A stretch of DNA of 45,344 bases, counting the filler, from Jimgerdemannia flammicorona (lineage: Eukaryota): assembly GCA_003990765.1 (NCBI GenBank). It is 2 parts of 2 records of this genome, joined end to end, with 100 filler letters (N's around TTAATTAATTAA, not from the genome) between each part and the next. Parts side by side here need not be neighbours in the genome. Positions count along the whole stretch, not along the records: positions 1 to 22,624 come from RBNJ01001238.1; 1 more part is not named here. One strand, 5' to 3'. Below, piece after piece: positions 1 to 12,050 of the stretch. The notes beneath the pieces were generated by a model. It was given only the letters and a program-made list of their open reading frames with translations, had not been told where the DNA came from and did no database searches. The first letter of the stretch is position 1. Every line of letters starts with the position of its first letter. A program made the translations under genes and the position numbers.

Positions 1-733
1 TTGGTTCCACCCGTGGTTAAGTTTAGAGAATGGAAAAATAATGGGCTGGAGCTCAAAGGGGGTCATGTAATGGTGTGACGTGGCGCTTGTGACCGCAATC
101 CCCACCTTCATTCTCCTTACAAGGAAGTCTATCTGACATCACTCCACAGCTCTCTCCGAATCATTATCCTCCTGCCATCCACCTGCCTACCACCAACCGG
201 AAACCCTAACCACTCACCAAATCTGTACCAATTTACCACTTGTTGTCTCCACTGTCTCTAAACTTTGCGTGAAACAAAAAAGACCACCCCTTGCCCTTCT
301 CCGCTATGATCACACCAAAAAAAAAAAAAAAAAGATACATAATTACATATTAATACTGTGATCGCCAATTGTTTGGTCACATCAAAACAAATTCCATCTC
401 TTCTCACGGTCCTTGGGACACCAAGGTTCGAACCCCCTTCGATTGACATATGGTCATCACCAGGCACTACCATGCGTATAAATCAATTCCATCAGTATGG
501 CCAGCTAGCACAGCGCCTGTTTGTTTGTTTGTTAAACAACGCCAGGGTTAGATGGTCGGTCTTATATATTATGATATTCAATTACGTCAATATCTATTCT
601 CGAAATCATCAGCAAGTCTCCTTTTTCGAGAAAATTGTTCGACCGATGTGGTTGGCGTCAAAAGAATGGGCATGTAATTATTATTCCGAAAAATATATCG
701 AAATTGAAAAACATGCACATTTCGATATACGAG

Positions 734-766
<33 letters not shown>

Positions 767-949
767 AAAAAACAAAAAAAAACTCCGATCACGAAGCATA
801 CCGCATAACACAACTTTCACATCGAAGGATTTGAGATTTTACTTCGGCATAAAATTGGTGCTCCCAACTGCAAGCGTTATCCGATGTTGAATTGGCATGC
901 TTGCTGTCACTCAAGAGCCCATCGCCCGACGCGACGCCCATGCTCAAGC

Positions 950-2154
950 ACTGGTCCTCAATCCCACCTCCACCTTCTCTAAGAACGAATACCGAAACAT
1001 TCCGTCTACCTCCGCCACCACCCACAATTCTTCCTCCCCTGCCTTCCATCCCTTCTCCATCCTCCTCACTCTCTCTCTCCCACCTCGGGCCTCAACCACC
1101 ACTTCATTCCTCGCCCTTATCCATTACAAACCCTAACCCTTCCTCCATCCTTCCACGTCACCTGCATCGAAATCTTCACCTCTAGCCTGGGCGCTGACAC
1201 AACCAACACCCGTATCGCCGTTGGGTCCCCGCGCAGGTCTAATAATCTCAGCCTCGGAAGATTGATGACCACGCCCACCACTGAACCACCCCCACGTAGC
1301 ACAAGTTGCCGAAGGCCAGGTGTCCCAGTCACAATCTCAACCAATGCCTCCTTACAGGCGTATACCGATCGGTGACGTCGAGCGTCTCGAGCCCCTTGCA
1401 CCGCGCCAGCATGGAGTTATCGCCGGTCCAGTTATCCATAATATGGTCAGAGACACTGCATCCGGGCGCAACGAGCTCGCGCAGCCGCGGGCAATGTGTT
1501 GTGAGCGCCAAGACCACGTACGCCATGAAGGCGTTGGATTGTGAACGCCCTTCCGTCGGCTGGATCTTGAGGATCTCGAGCGTCGGTTAGCAAGATACGA
1601 AAAGATTCAAGCCGTGGCCTTCGCCCCCAGGGGGTGTGCTCGTATCGCTCGAGGAGGCGGCAGTGCTTGGTCAGCGCGGGGGACAACCTTGGTCTCTGCC
1701 TCGCCGAGCAAAATTAGCCTTACGTTGCGCAAGGGTTTCATCTCCGTCACGACCGCCTGTTTCGGCACGTCCGTAACCTCCTGGTATCCACCACTAAATC
1801 CTTCACTCCGCCTAACACTTCTACTATCCGCATCATGGCGACCTCTTACTCTCCATTTCCCAACGAACAGCACACACTCGCGACATCTGGCGAGACATCG
1901 CGCAGGCGTTTCAAGAGCCGCGCGAGCTGTGATAGGATGACTTGGTCAGACGGGGGGAAATCGATACATCAGATCATCGTGGCAAGGATAGGGACGGCGG
2001 CGTCGCGCCAGGCGCGGGAAGCGAGGATACAAGAGAGGAGGTCAAGGAGGTGAGCGGTGCGGACAGATGAGGATGGGATCTGGGAGAAGAGAATCTAGGT
2101 GCAGAGCTCGAGGGGAGGTGAAGGTGTGGGCCTGAGGAAGGCTTGCTGTGACAT
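950..2154 (-). pseudogene. F-box/LRR (RNI-like) pseudogene
   Basis: Minus strand from ATG 2154 reads MSQQAFLRPTPSPPLELCT*ILFSQIP...HLLDLLSCILASRAWRDAAVPIL (F-box pattern with an in-frame TAG). LRR-like pieces follow in shifting frames (LTKHCRLLE, LTTHCPRLREL, RCKGLETLDV, LPRLRLLDL). 3' end approximate. Confidence 0.65.
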
Positions 2155-2214
2155 GAGTGGACTGGCGGAGATTGGGTGTACAAAGTGTGCGGTTGTTTGT
2201 AGGGTGCAGATCCC

Positions 2215-2261
2215 TGCATGCAATTTTGATTGAGCTGCATGCAATTTTGATCGAGTTGCAT
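2215..2261. repeat. 21-bp tandem duplication (tgcatgcaattttgatYgagY x2)
   Basis: Seen directly, just upstream of the F-box pseudogene start. Confidence 0.8.
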
Positions 2262-4208
2262 ACATAGACTTTGCACGGTTGGGCGATTTAATTCCAGGCT
2301 CCCTCTTCTTTCCACAGCAGGATTTCAGTATTGGATGCAAGTCATTCTAAAAATAGAGTAAAAATAAAACCATCCTTTGTTTAATAACGAGAACAGGGTG
2401 ACTCGTAAATGGGTTGCAGCAAGCACGCTTTGAACCAGGCAAGTTCAGCATAATTAGGTCCCACATCCGCGCATATTCCCCAACCTACCCAATTTAGAAA
2501 ACTGGTAATACCGCTGGAAGAAACAGAACTCGTGTCTGCCGCTCGTCAACACAACGGTAGCTATCCGAATTCACGAGCGCGTTGAAAACATCCTCGACGG
2601 TTCCGATACACTCATCGAGAGCATGAGACAGAGGGTTTATACGATAGCCTTCCTCGCATTTCTCACTTACGCTATTTCAATACTCCTCTTCGAACACTCA
2701 GAGTATCAACTTCAACGATCCCTTAAAACGTGCAGGCCGAGGCCGAAGCCGTCAGCGTCGCTGCTGACGGCCCCATTCGTTCTCGCCGTGCGCGTTGACA
2801 ACGCTGATCTCCCCGGCCAGAGCGCGGGAGGGTGCGCGTGTGGAGAAAGCGCACCGTCTCTGAGACGTGTGGTGCATCCTGGAGATGTGGAAACAAGGAG
2901 AATGTGAGAAGAGTACCATTGCCGATTACAAGGGTTACAGTCAGGCCGTATCGGTCTACCAGCTCTCATGGTATCGGGGAGGATCGATAGAGGCGGGGCT
3001 TGTTCATGGTGGATGCCGGTTTCGTCGAGGATGTAGGTTCGACAGGAAACTGACCTAATTGAGCATGTGTGTTTTCTTTCTCTTATTTAAAAATAAACTA
3101 AGATTCGATTTCTGCTGTCTTTGTACCACAATCTTGATTTTCGTGTTTTCGGAGGCACAGTTCCCTAGTTTGCTGTACTTGGCAGCTCGTTCGTTATCAT
3201 TTAAGTTTACGTTTTTATCTCTCCCACACCTTGTCGCCGCGGGGCGAACACAGCTAGCTATTAGCACTGGACGCCGAGCGGAAATTTGTAGGTCATTGTA
3301 AGAACCTGTTATGTAAGTACAACACGCAAGAACAATTGAATGACCATGTCTGATCACTTCCTGCATTCCCTCCATACGGCCTGATCTTCCCGTCTTGGAA
3401 CTGATGAAAGTTCGCGCTTCAAGGTTTAAGGTTCCCAGTATGCTTTTGCTATTTATGCGGTTCGTACGATGGGGCAAGGGTATGGTATGGGGGTTATGCA
3501 GAGGGTTTGTTGGATGCATCTCCGTTACCGTTATTCATCGAAAAGAAGAAAAATCATCTATATAAAACTAGGGAGTATTATTCCGCGCCTATGGCATGGT
3601 GGCATAGCGCGACGGAAATCTGAGACACGAGTATGAACTCAGCTAGCTCAGGGCATGACGGCGTTAGAACCCTGAATTCCGCGTCCCTCCTCGAAAAAGG
3701 AAATGTTCGCCTATTGAAGCGATGCAGACCCGTCTACGCGAAGATCCTGTTTCGAGTATATACAACAGGGATATGATTGTAACAAACAACCCAAAGCGGG
3801 GCCAATGAGGGACGGTTTTGTTAGGTCCATTGTTTGGATTTCGAAAAGGAGTATGCCCACATGGAGCACTCGTTCCGATGCCTTTTTGGCATGGCCGAAG
3901 GGTCTTGGATCCCTCGTGGGTGGTGAAGGGGTCGTGGTGGGTGGCTTGATGGACGTATTGAGCGTGTTCTCGCACTGAAAGAATAAGGGGAGCAGATATG
4001 ATACGAACAGGAGGCGGTGGAACATGCAACGTGTAAGTGTGGGGCAGCTTGAAAGACAGTCACCTCCGGGGGTTGATTAATTTGTGAAACTCTATTCCTT
4101 TTCTTTTAATTACCACCTTCTCCCTCTCTCACACCTACTCCCCACCTTCCTTTTTATTGACGGACACCCAACCACACCTCGTAACGACAGTGAATGGACT
4201 CGTAGACC

Positions 4209-7200
4209 ATGCCCGCCTTCTTCGAACACCTCCCCGTCCCGTCCGAGGACCCCAAGTCGCCGACCTCACCCCTCAACCTCACCACCCTCCTCTCCGCTCC
4301 CTTCCTCGTCCTCTTCCTCATCCTCCTCGCCCTCGACGGTCACTATATTATCACCTCCATCATCCTCGGTTTCGTTGCAGGCGCAGTTCTCGTTATTGGT
4401 TTTGTATTCGGCGGCCACCTCGGCGGGAACGGTGTTGTCGACAAGCTGAGCAAACGGATCGGTGCTTATCATGACCTTACTATGCCCCTCAACGAGAATA
4501 TTCCGCCACCAGAAAACCCGAACTCATCTAAGGTATGTACACACGTGCATGCACGTACACACACGTACACACACACACACACTCTCTCTCTCTCTCATTC
4601 CGCTCCGGTCATTTTCAACGAATACTTAATATCATCGTCTGCCGCTCACTCGTCCGCTTCTCCTCGCCCATTCCCATTCACACAGGCTGCACCCCTCTTC
4701 CGCACCGCCTTCAAGGCATTGCAACTCAGCACCTCCGATCTAACGTCGGCCACGGAACACCTCTTCGATCTCTTTACGCGCGACTACGTTCTCAGCTGGT
4801 GGACGAACATGAACCACCTAGACGATGCCGAGTTTCAGGCACAGGTGCGCGTGAGCATGAATGCCGTCATCATGAACCTTGAAGCGTGCCTGCTCAGGCA
4901 CCAGAGGAACGACCTGGTACTCGTGGCCATGTATGCTGTGGCGAATAGCTTGATCATTCATATGGTAGGTATCATAGAGAGCCATTAGGAGGAAACAGGG
5001 TTGAAAGGAGAAGGGTTGCGGGGCGGGGACTGGTCGACATGTTTTAGGTGAAGCGAAATCGGTGAGAAGCGATCGTGAGAAGGCTATTTCAAAAGCATGT
5101 GGCGAATCACGCTTTATCATTTTATATGAACGGACATAATATCGAGGACATTCACAATGATAGTCCGCCCCTAGCACCCTACAATGAACAATCAAACATC
5201 GATTAACATCACATACCCTCTAATAGCGCGAAAATCGGGCCCTCGAAGCCTCAACTATCCCGATCCCAGACTACATCCGCTCGAACCCGCAATCTCCGTT
5301 CGCACAATACCTCCCGCGCTCAGCGCAGTACACCTACTTCCGCGAACTCTCGACACTCGTCCTCAAGCGGCTCCTCCCCGCCGATGACGCGACTTCGCCT
5401 GTCCTGACGGTACTCCTGCGCGAACTCTTCGCATCGCACCTGTTCGAGTCGACCATTGAGATGTGCAGCGACCCGGACTGGATCAACCTCCGCATCGTCG
5501 AATACCTAAGCAGCGAGAAAGGCAAGGAGAAGGGCGAAAAAGTCACAGGGGACGAGGAATTGATGAGTGGGTTCGTCGATATGGTTGAAATGGCCGCCGA
5601 GGAGTTGATCGAGAATGAGAGCGCCGGGAAGAGGAGGTATGAGGAGAGGGTGTGTGAACAAATTCCCGCGCAGAGGCAGGCATCTGTACACGAACAGGCG
5701 GCCCAGAAGCAAGCGATGGGAAGCGAGCAGCCGGCAAGGCAGGCGTCTGGGCGCGAACCGACGGCACGTCAAGACACCGCATGGGAATCAACGGCAAAAC
5801 AGTCACCTGTCACGTCCTCCCCGACGGCGTATGTCTCTGCACCGTTGCCAACGCCTTCATCGCAACCGCAACTGCAACCGTTCGCCTCCGAATCGACCTC
5901 GACAACCCCGCCCCCTAGCCCCACCCCGACCCCGACCCCACCCCCGTCGACTCACCGGTTCCGTAGCTCGCCCGCCCCCTCCGTCTCTACCTCTAGTCCG
6001 GCGGTTCGTACCCCCACCGACGTCGTCGATATCACGACCACCCCACCCACGCCCGCAAGCCCGCACCCCAGGCCGTTCGACGTGGTCTCTACGAGGCCGT
6101 TGCCCTCGAAATCGCTTAGCGCGTCATCAGCTGCGCAGCCGTCCATGCAATCGTTTCACCAGTCCGTCGCAGCTGGAGCGGAGGACCAGGGCGATGATCT
6201 CGAGGTGAAGAGCCGGAGGCGCGGGTACGATGATGATGAGGGATCGGTTAGGCCGAGGGGTGGGAGCGACGCCTCGATTTCCAGGCGCAATACGACCACG
6301 ATTGCCGACGGGCCGCGCACACCGAACGGACACCGGCGCACCTTCTCCGACGAGGTCCCGACCCACAGCTCGGAAAACCGCAACCCCGCACAACCGCCCC
6401 CCTCGACCGCGCATCTCTCCGCCTTCCCGACTCCTTCCCCAACCTCCTCCTATACCTACTCCTTCCGCCCCAAACCTGCCGTCGTCCTGCCTTCCACAAC
6501 CCCACCTCCGCCGCCTCAACGCCCATCTCTCATTTACCCTCTGGGCACGATCCACTTCCATCTCACGGATATCTCTCCTCCGCCTACGAGCGGCGGTCCA
6601 GGCGCACCCCCGCCCCCGAAACAATCCCTCCTCTACATGATCCAGATCGAACGTCCCGTCTCCGCCAACGTCCCCTCCGACGGCGGCGGTTACGTCATCA
6701 CCCGCACCTACGTCGACTTCGAGAACATCCACGCGACACTCGCAAATCGATACCCGCGTCGCATGACAAAGCTTCGGCTGCCCCTCGATAAATCATCTGG
6801 GTGGAGAAGGAGCTCTGCCGCGCGTGCGGCAGCCTTTGATGGAGACGAGGTCGTGAGGCAGCTACAGGCATACCTTGTAGCGCTCGTCGAGGACCAGGAA
6901 GTGGGAAGGGACGAAACCGTCGCATGGTTCTTGAGAAAGGAGGCGAGCGCGGCGGAGGAAGCCGGCATTGCTGGTGCTGCGCCGAGAGGCGAGAGGAAAA
7001 GAGCATTTGCTGTTACCGGCGTCGCAAGTAGGGCTATGTCCTTGTTGACGAGGGGGGCGGCGAATGGGTATGCGAATGGACACACGAGCGGAAACACAAA
7101 TGGGAACGCTAGTAATGGAAGCGCTCTCTTAGACGATGGCGTCGAAGAGTGGAGCAACGGCGCCGCCACCAACCTTGATGAGGGTCGCCGACGGCCCTTC

Positions 7201-8859
7201 TCGTATGCCGGCGAGGACCCAGCGAGAACCTCTACCCAGACGACGAGGGAACGGCCCATCTCGTACGCCCAGCCATCATCCTCGTTCGCGCCTGAATCGC
7301 CGCCGCAGGGGATGGGCATGATGATGGGCGCCGGGCTGATTGCGGCCCCGCAGGCCGCTGTCGCCAAGATGTGGGGACGCGGCGAGGATGGGGTTTATAG
7401 GGAGAGGATGAGAAGGGAGAGAGAGCAAGCGCAAGCACAGGTACAGGCGCAGAAGGGGATGGTGGGGAATGGTGGCGTTATTGAGAATGGGCGTACTGCG
7501 GAGAATAGCAGTCGCGCGGCTGAGAACGAGCGCGCATCGGAGAGCAACAATCGCGCATCGGAAAGCAACAATCGCGCATCGGAAAGCAATCGTTCGTCGT
7601 TGCGGAGCTTCGCGGCGTTGATAGGAGGGAACATGGGCGACGAGAGCGTGCCAAGGCTACGTGCTAGAGAAAACGCGGAAAACGCGGAGAGTTCAAGCAA
7701 CGCCGGTGCTGGCATCGGCGAGGAGCGCGAGGGTGGCAAATGGTGGAATCTCGGTGGGATTCTGACATCAAGCGAAAGCGATGAGGAAGCAAGCGGATCC
7801 GACCAACGGAGGAGGACGGCTCCTGTTCGCACAGAGGGAGGCGGCAGCAGCAATGTCAACGCCAATGGATTATCCAAATGGTCCGTGGGCGGGTTGATCA
7901 GCGCGATGATGGAGGACAGCGACGACGACAGCTCCTCCCGTGACGGATCGAGTTCGAGAAGGTCCTCCTCGTCGACGGCCGCGTCGTCCATAATTGGGCC
8001 CGTGGCGTCCTCACCCGCGTTGGCAGCGGTGCTGGCGCAAGAGGGCCAGGTCCGGAAGAGGAGAATGACGTCACCGTTGGCGGAGCAGGTGTTGCCAGAT
8101 GAGGCAGAGGCGGGTGTAGATGACGACTTGAATGCGAACGGGATCCCGAACACCATCAAGACGAAGCAAGGGAGTGTATACAGGCTCGGTGGGATTGGTC
8201 AGATGGCAGGACGATCGACGTCCTCATTAGCATCGGCGGGTTCTTCCGCTGAGTCGTCATCGCCAGTGGAGTTCCCGTTCATGTCGTCGACGATGCAGAT
8301 TCCGCAACCCCTTCCGCAACTCGATCCCTTACCCGCCAACCGGTCACCTTCACCACCCCAACAGCAACGCACAACCCCGACCTCGCGCCCTCTCTCGGCC
8401 ATGGACATTGACCTGCTGATCGAGACGGCCTTCGCGCTAATTGAGGAGACATTCCACCTCAACGATCGGGCCTGGCTTCGGCGTACGGCACTGAACTTGC
8501 TCAAAGAGATGCTGCGCCGCTCGTACACCGATACTATCTCCAAGACGTTCTTGCACTACCTCGACCGGCTCACATCCGTGGACGCCGTCGTCACATATGT
8601 GCAAGGTATCACCGAGGCGACGTGGCCGGAGGGTCCAACGAGGCCCGTCAGGACAAGGGAGGAGAAGGAGAGGACTAAGTGGTTGGCAAGGGAGATGTTG
8701 ATTGAGAAAGGAGTGCCTACGGCGGTTAGGCAGGTAGTTGGGGAGCAGAATTGTGTGGAAGCTATGGAGAGGCTGTGGGAGAGGTGTCAGAGGAAGGAGC
8801 TGAACAGAGTGTTGGTTGTGCAAGTGGTGGAGGTTGTGGTGAGGACGGCGATTGGATAG
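4209..8859 (+). CDS. PXA-PX-Nexin_C sorting nexin (Mdm1/SNX13-14-like, no obvious RGS), ~1411 aa
   Basis: Exons 4209-4532, 4686-4964, 5227-8859 with GT-AG introns. N-terminal TM pair; PXA (LFTRDYVLSWW...LLRELFASHLF...CSDPDWIN); PX (YVITRTYVDFENIHATL); C-terminal Nexin_C (WLRR, TREEKERTK, ELNRVLV). Confidence 0.88.
4540..4596. repeat. (CA)n/(CT)n microsatellite in intron 1
   Basis: acacacacac...ctctctctc run inside the 4533-4685 intron. Confidence 0.9.
7531..7593 (+). repeat. coding 21-bp tandem repeat (RASESNN, ~3 copies)
   Basis: cgcgcatcggaRagcaacaat repeated in the sorting nexin low-complexity region. Confidence 0.85.
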
Positions 8860-9097
8860 ACGACAGATTGATGCCTTTGCTTCCCTTGTAATAATTTTTA
8901 TACGCTTTATTCTTTGTATATTACGATTGTCGACCTGTAGATGTAGTCTCAAAAGTGTTTACGTTTTGCCGTTTTCGGTGCGATACTACTCGTTAATTTA
9001 ATAAGTCACTGTGACAGGAAAGTCGCTCGATCAGTGGCTTATTCACGTGACTAAGGATCGAAAATAGATCCACATCGAATGAAACCCCAAGGACACA

Positions 9098-10393
9098 ATG
9101 ACGACTGAAATCCCCGCGATCAGCAAAGCAAAATCCTTGGGAATTGCGCTTACTATCAACGAGGAAGAATCACAAGCGGAGGGGGAGGGAGTATCAGTGT
9201 CGGCAGCGGAAAAGAAATCCAAGAAATCGTCGACGGGGAAGACAAAGAGAACGACCAAAGCGAAAAAGGAAAAGGATGGACCAGATAAACTATTGGTGAA
9301 AGAAAGGATCAAAGTGTTAGGGAAGGACCCGGAGCAAGGTGAATGTTTTCTTTTGTTTTCTTTATCCCATGCCTGACATCATCCGTCCACGCACGCATTA
9401 ACTCTATCCAATCATCCCTCCCCCAGCAATCCTCAACGCGATACAGCAGGCCTGCACCTCAACTTTTTCGAACCCAACTTTTACGACAACGCTGCAAAGC
9501 ATCAAGACCGCCTTTTTCGCACGCGATTACCTCTCCATTTTTACTGTTCCTGCCAACCTCCCCACTTACACTGCGGCCTACATCCCCGCCCGTTCCCTTT
9601 GCTATTACACCCTTTTCCGCGACGAACCTCTGCTGCAGGGCCTCCTCTCTCGGCGGTCGCGCATATTCCTCCCGGGGTCCGGGTCCGGGTCCGAGTTAAT
9701 GGGGATCACGGCAGCGATGCTACACGCGTCGTCCGAGACGCAGAGGGTCGAGCTGCGGATGCAGGATATTGGGGAGTGGGGCGACGTGCTGGGTGGGTTG
9801 GAGGCGGAGGTGAGACGGAGGTGGGGTTTCGGAGAGGAGCTAGTGTGCGGGTATGAGCGCGGGGATGTGTTGGGTGTGGTCGGGAGAGTGGAGGAAGAAA
9901 TTCAGGAGGCGGATCTAATCACCTTTATGTTTGTGATGAATGAATTGTTTGTGGAGAAGGCGAGGGCGATGGAGATGGTGAAGAGGTTGGTCGGAGGGAT
10001 GAAGAAAGGGGCATGGTTGTTGGTAGGTTTTGTGTATGGTTTTGTTAAAATTACTTTATTGAAGGTACCCGACTTGAAACTTTTGCAATATCCCCTTCAG
10101 GTCGTCGACTCCGCAGGTTCTTTTTCGCATCTCAAAGTCGGCGGGAGGACGTACATGGTTTACTTTCTACTCGATGCGCTCAAAGATTTAGAAAAACTGA
10201 TCTCGGAAGACTCCAAGTGGTATCGGTGGGTTTCCATTTGCAGCGTCTCACCATTTCTCGTACCCGCTAGTGTGATCTTCTAGATTACGGCTGTAACCTT
10301 GCATGTATCAAAAACAGGTACCCTGAACATTTGAAATACCCGGTGGATATCCAGAATATGCGATATTTTATTCGCTTGTATCGAAAACTTTGA
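9098..10393 (+). CDS. BMT6: 25S rRNA m3U2843 methyltransferase-like (DUF3115/Bmt6 family)
   Basis: Exons 9098-9338, 9427-10022, 10101-10225, 10318-10393. Motifs IKTAFFARDY, YTAAYIPARSLCY, GSGSGSEL (SAM), LITFMFVMNELF, VDSAGSFS, WYRYP...YPVDIQNMRYFIRLYRK. Confidence 0.82.
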
Positions 10394-11039
10394 AGAGCTT
10401 GAATTGAGTTGAATAAGATGGCAGTTTCACGTCAAGCAAAGAGAGATACTAGATCCACTTCAAAATTATTTATTGAGACTATTATTCAATTGCACCGATA
10501 GAAACTCTTGCTACGTTCTTGTTGCCATTCTCTCACTTCTCTTAGAATTTCTCCTTTCGGCAATAGGCGTACTGTTCAGGTTTGTAAAACCACCCCTAAT
10601 GATACCACCTAGGTTTTGAATATTCTGCATAATGATATTCTTCCAGGAGCGTGTGATACACTTCCTCGTGGTATTCGTCCTTGGTGCGTGATATCTTGTG
10701 ATGTGGGAAAGTTGCTTTGTTGAGATTCCGTCGAAGTGATATTCCTCGAGCCTAACGATATTGTAAGTCTTGGCTTTCAGGGCTCTCCATTGTTGGCGCT
10801 GATATCTGAGGGTTCGGTAAAGGTCGCGAACCAAATGGTGGGCCACTTCGACTACAGTGGCCTATGCCGAAGGCACATGATTGGGATAGTCATGATAAAT
10901 TGCTGGAATAGAAATAAGGGCACTATTCACACTATCCATTCGAGCTGAACCATATCCACCACATTAAAATATTGCTCTGGTCCGACATCTAGAAATTTTA
11001 ATTCTAAATACTATTGTCATTGCAAAATATTGATATATA

Positions 11040-12050
11040 TAAACTTGCCTATATATTGTGGCATGTAATTTGTAGGTCTGGTTTGTTTCAAGCATAGCTC
11101 AATGTGCTACTTAGTAGAAGTATTACTTGATATAATTATGTATGCACTCCTTTCTCTGCTACCTTACCAGTCACAAGGTTTGGTAGGCAACCTTCCAAGT
11201 CTACTTTTCACAACTTATACCCTCTCTACCTTGGGTTAATTTGCTGTATCTGTTGCAGGGCAGTGAGAGGGAGATAATGGTAATGAGTTGCCCCTTTATT
11301 GGTGTCTGATCAGTGTCTTCTTCACTTTTTGCAGTTTCTGATGCCTTCAGCTGTATCTGGGATATACTTGTTTTGGTGTAGCACTTTCTTCTTTTTGCTA
11401 TTATTAATGAGATATTATCTGAAGTATTATGGGCTATATATAGAGTCAGCTGACCTTGGGTGTCAAGTGTCAGTATAGGTTATCTGCAGGTCTCTGGTAT
11501 CTGTAGTAGAGTCCTCTAAGCTTTGGTGAGCTTCTCAGTGAGTATAGTTCTGGTATAGGTGACTACTTTTTGGGTAGAATTAGGATGAGAGAGAAGATAG
11601 CCATTATAGATAAAAAGAAAAGTAATTATAGTAGATCAGTTAGATACCAGGCTGGGGGCAGTCATCAGGGCTGGAGTAAGTACTGCATCAGTGGGGTCTT
11701 CTAATTAGTATAAAGTAGTTAAATAATAGATATTACTCTCAGCTTCTTTTGATATTTATAGAGTTGGGCCCCAGTCATTGGGGAGGGGGTTGGAGGGCTC
11801 AAGGCTACCCATTTCAAGTATCTTGGCTATACTCAACTGGAACTGAGAGCTGATATGGCAATGTGATTGAGGTCTGTAGGCTTAAGTAGTAGAGTATTGG
11901 AGGTCTTCTTCCACCTCATATATAAGTCTTTTATTTATCTTATCTGGGAGAACCAAGCTCTCAACCATCAGAGCACATTCTTTCTCTGATATAATTTATA
12001 TAATACAAACTTCTAGCAATACTTTTCATGACAATTCAGAGAAAAGGTAC
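11040..12050. mobile_element. unclassified degenerate repeat DNA (CpG-free)
   Basis: Abrupt loss of CpG, excess TpA and no long ORF; abuts LINE copy 1. Family not recognised. Confidence 0.4.

Noticed and set aside
410..442. GGTTCGAACCC tRNA T-loop/B-box-like motif
   Set aside because: No acceptor, D or anticodon arms could be built around it.
734..782. Long poly(A) tract giving a poly-Lys ORF
   Set aside because: Simple homopolymer; no TSD or retrocopy body identified.
2623..3058. Short ORF with N-terminal hydrophobic anchor
   Set aside because: No recognisable domain or splice model; may be a gene relic.
4533..4685. THTHTHTLSLS segment in the 259-aa ORF
   Set aside because: Read-through of an in-frame, microsatellite-containing GT-AG intron.
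6127..8543. Long antisense ORFs over the sorting nexin
   Set aside because: Shadow ORFs of GC-rich coding sequence.
10511..10948. Minus-strand ORF fragments downstream of BMT6
   Set aside because: No motif recognised and no consistent frame.
11062..11075. 14-mer CATGTAATTTGTAG shared with 39580-39593, near the left edge of both TE islands
   Set aside because: A few 14-bp matches are expected by chance in 45 kb, and the match does not extend.
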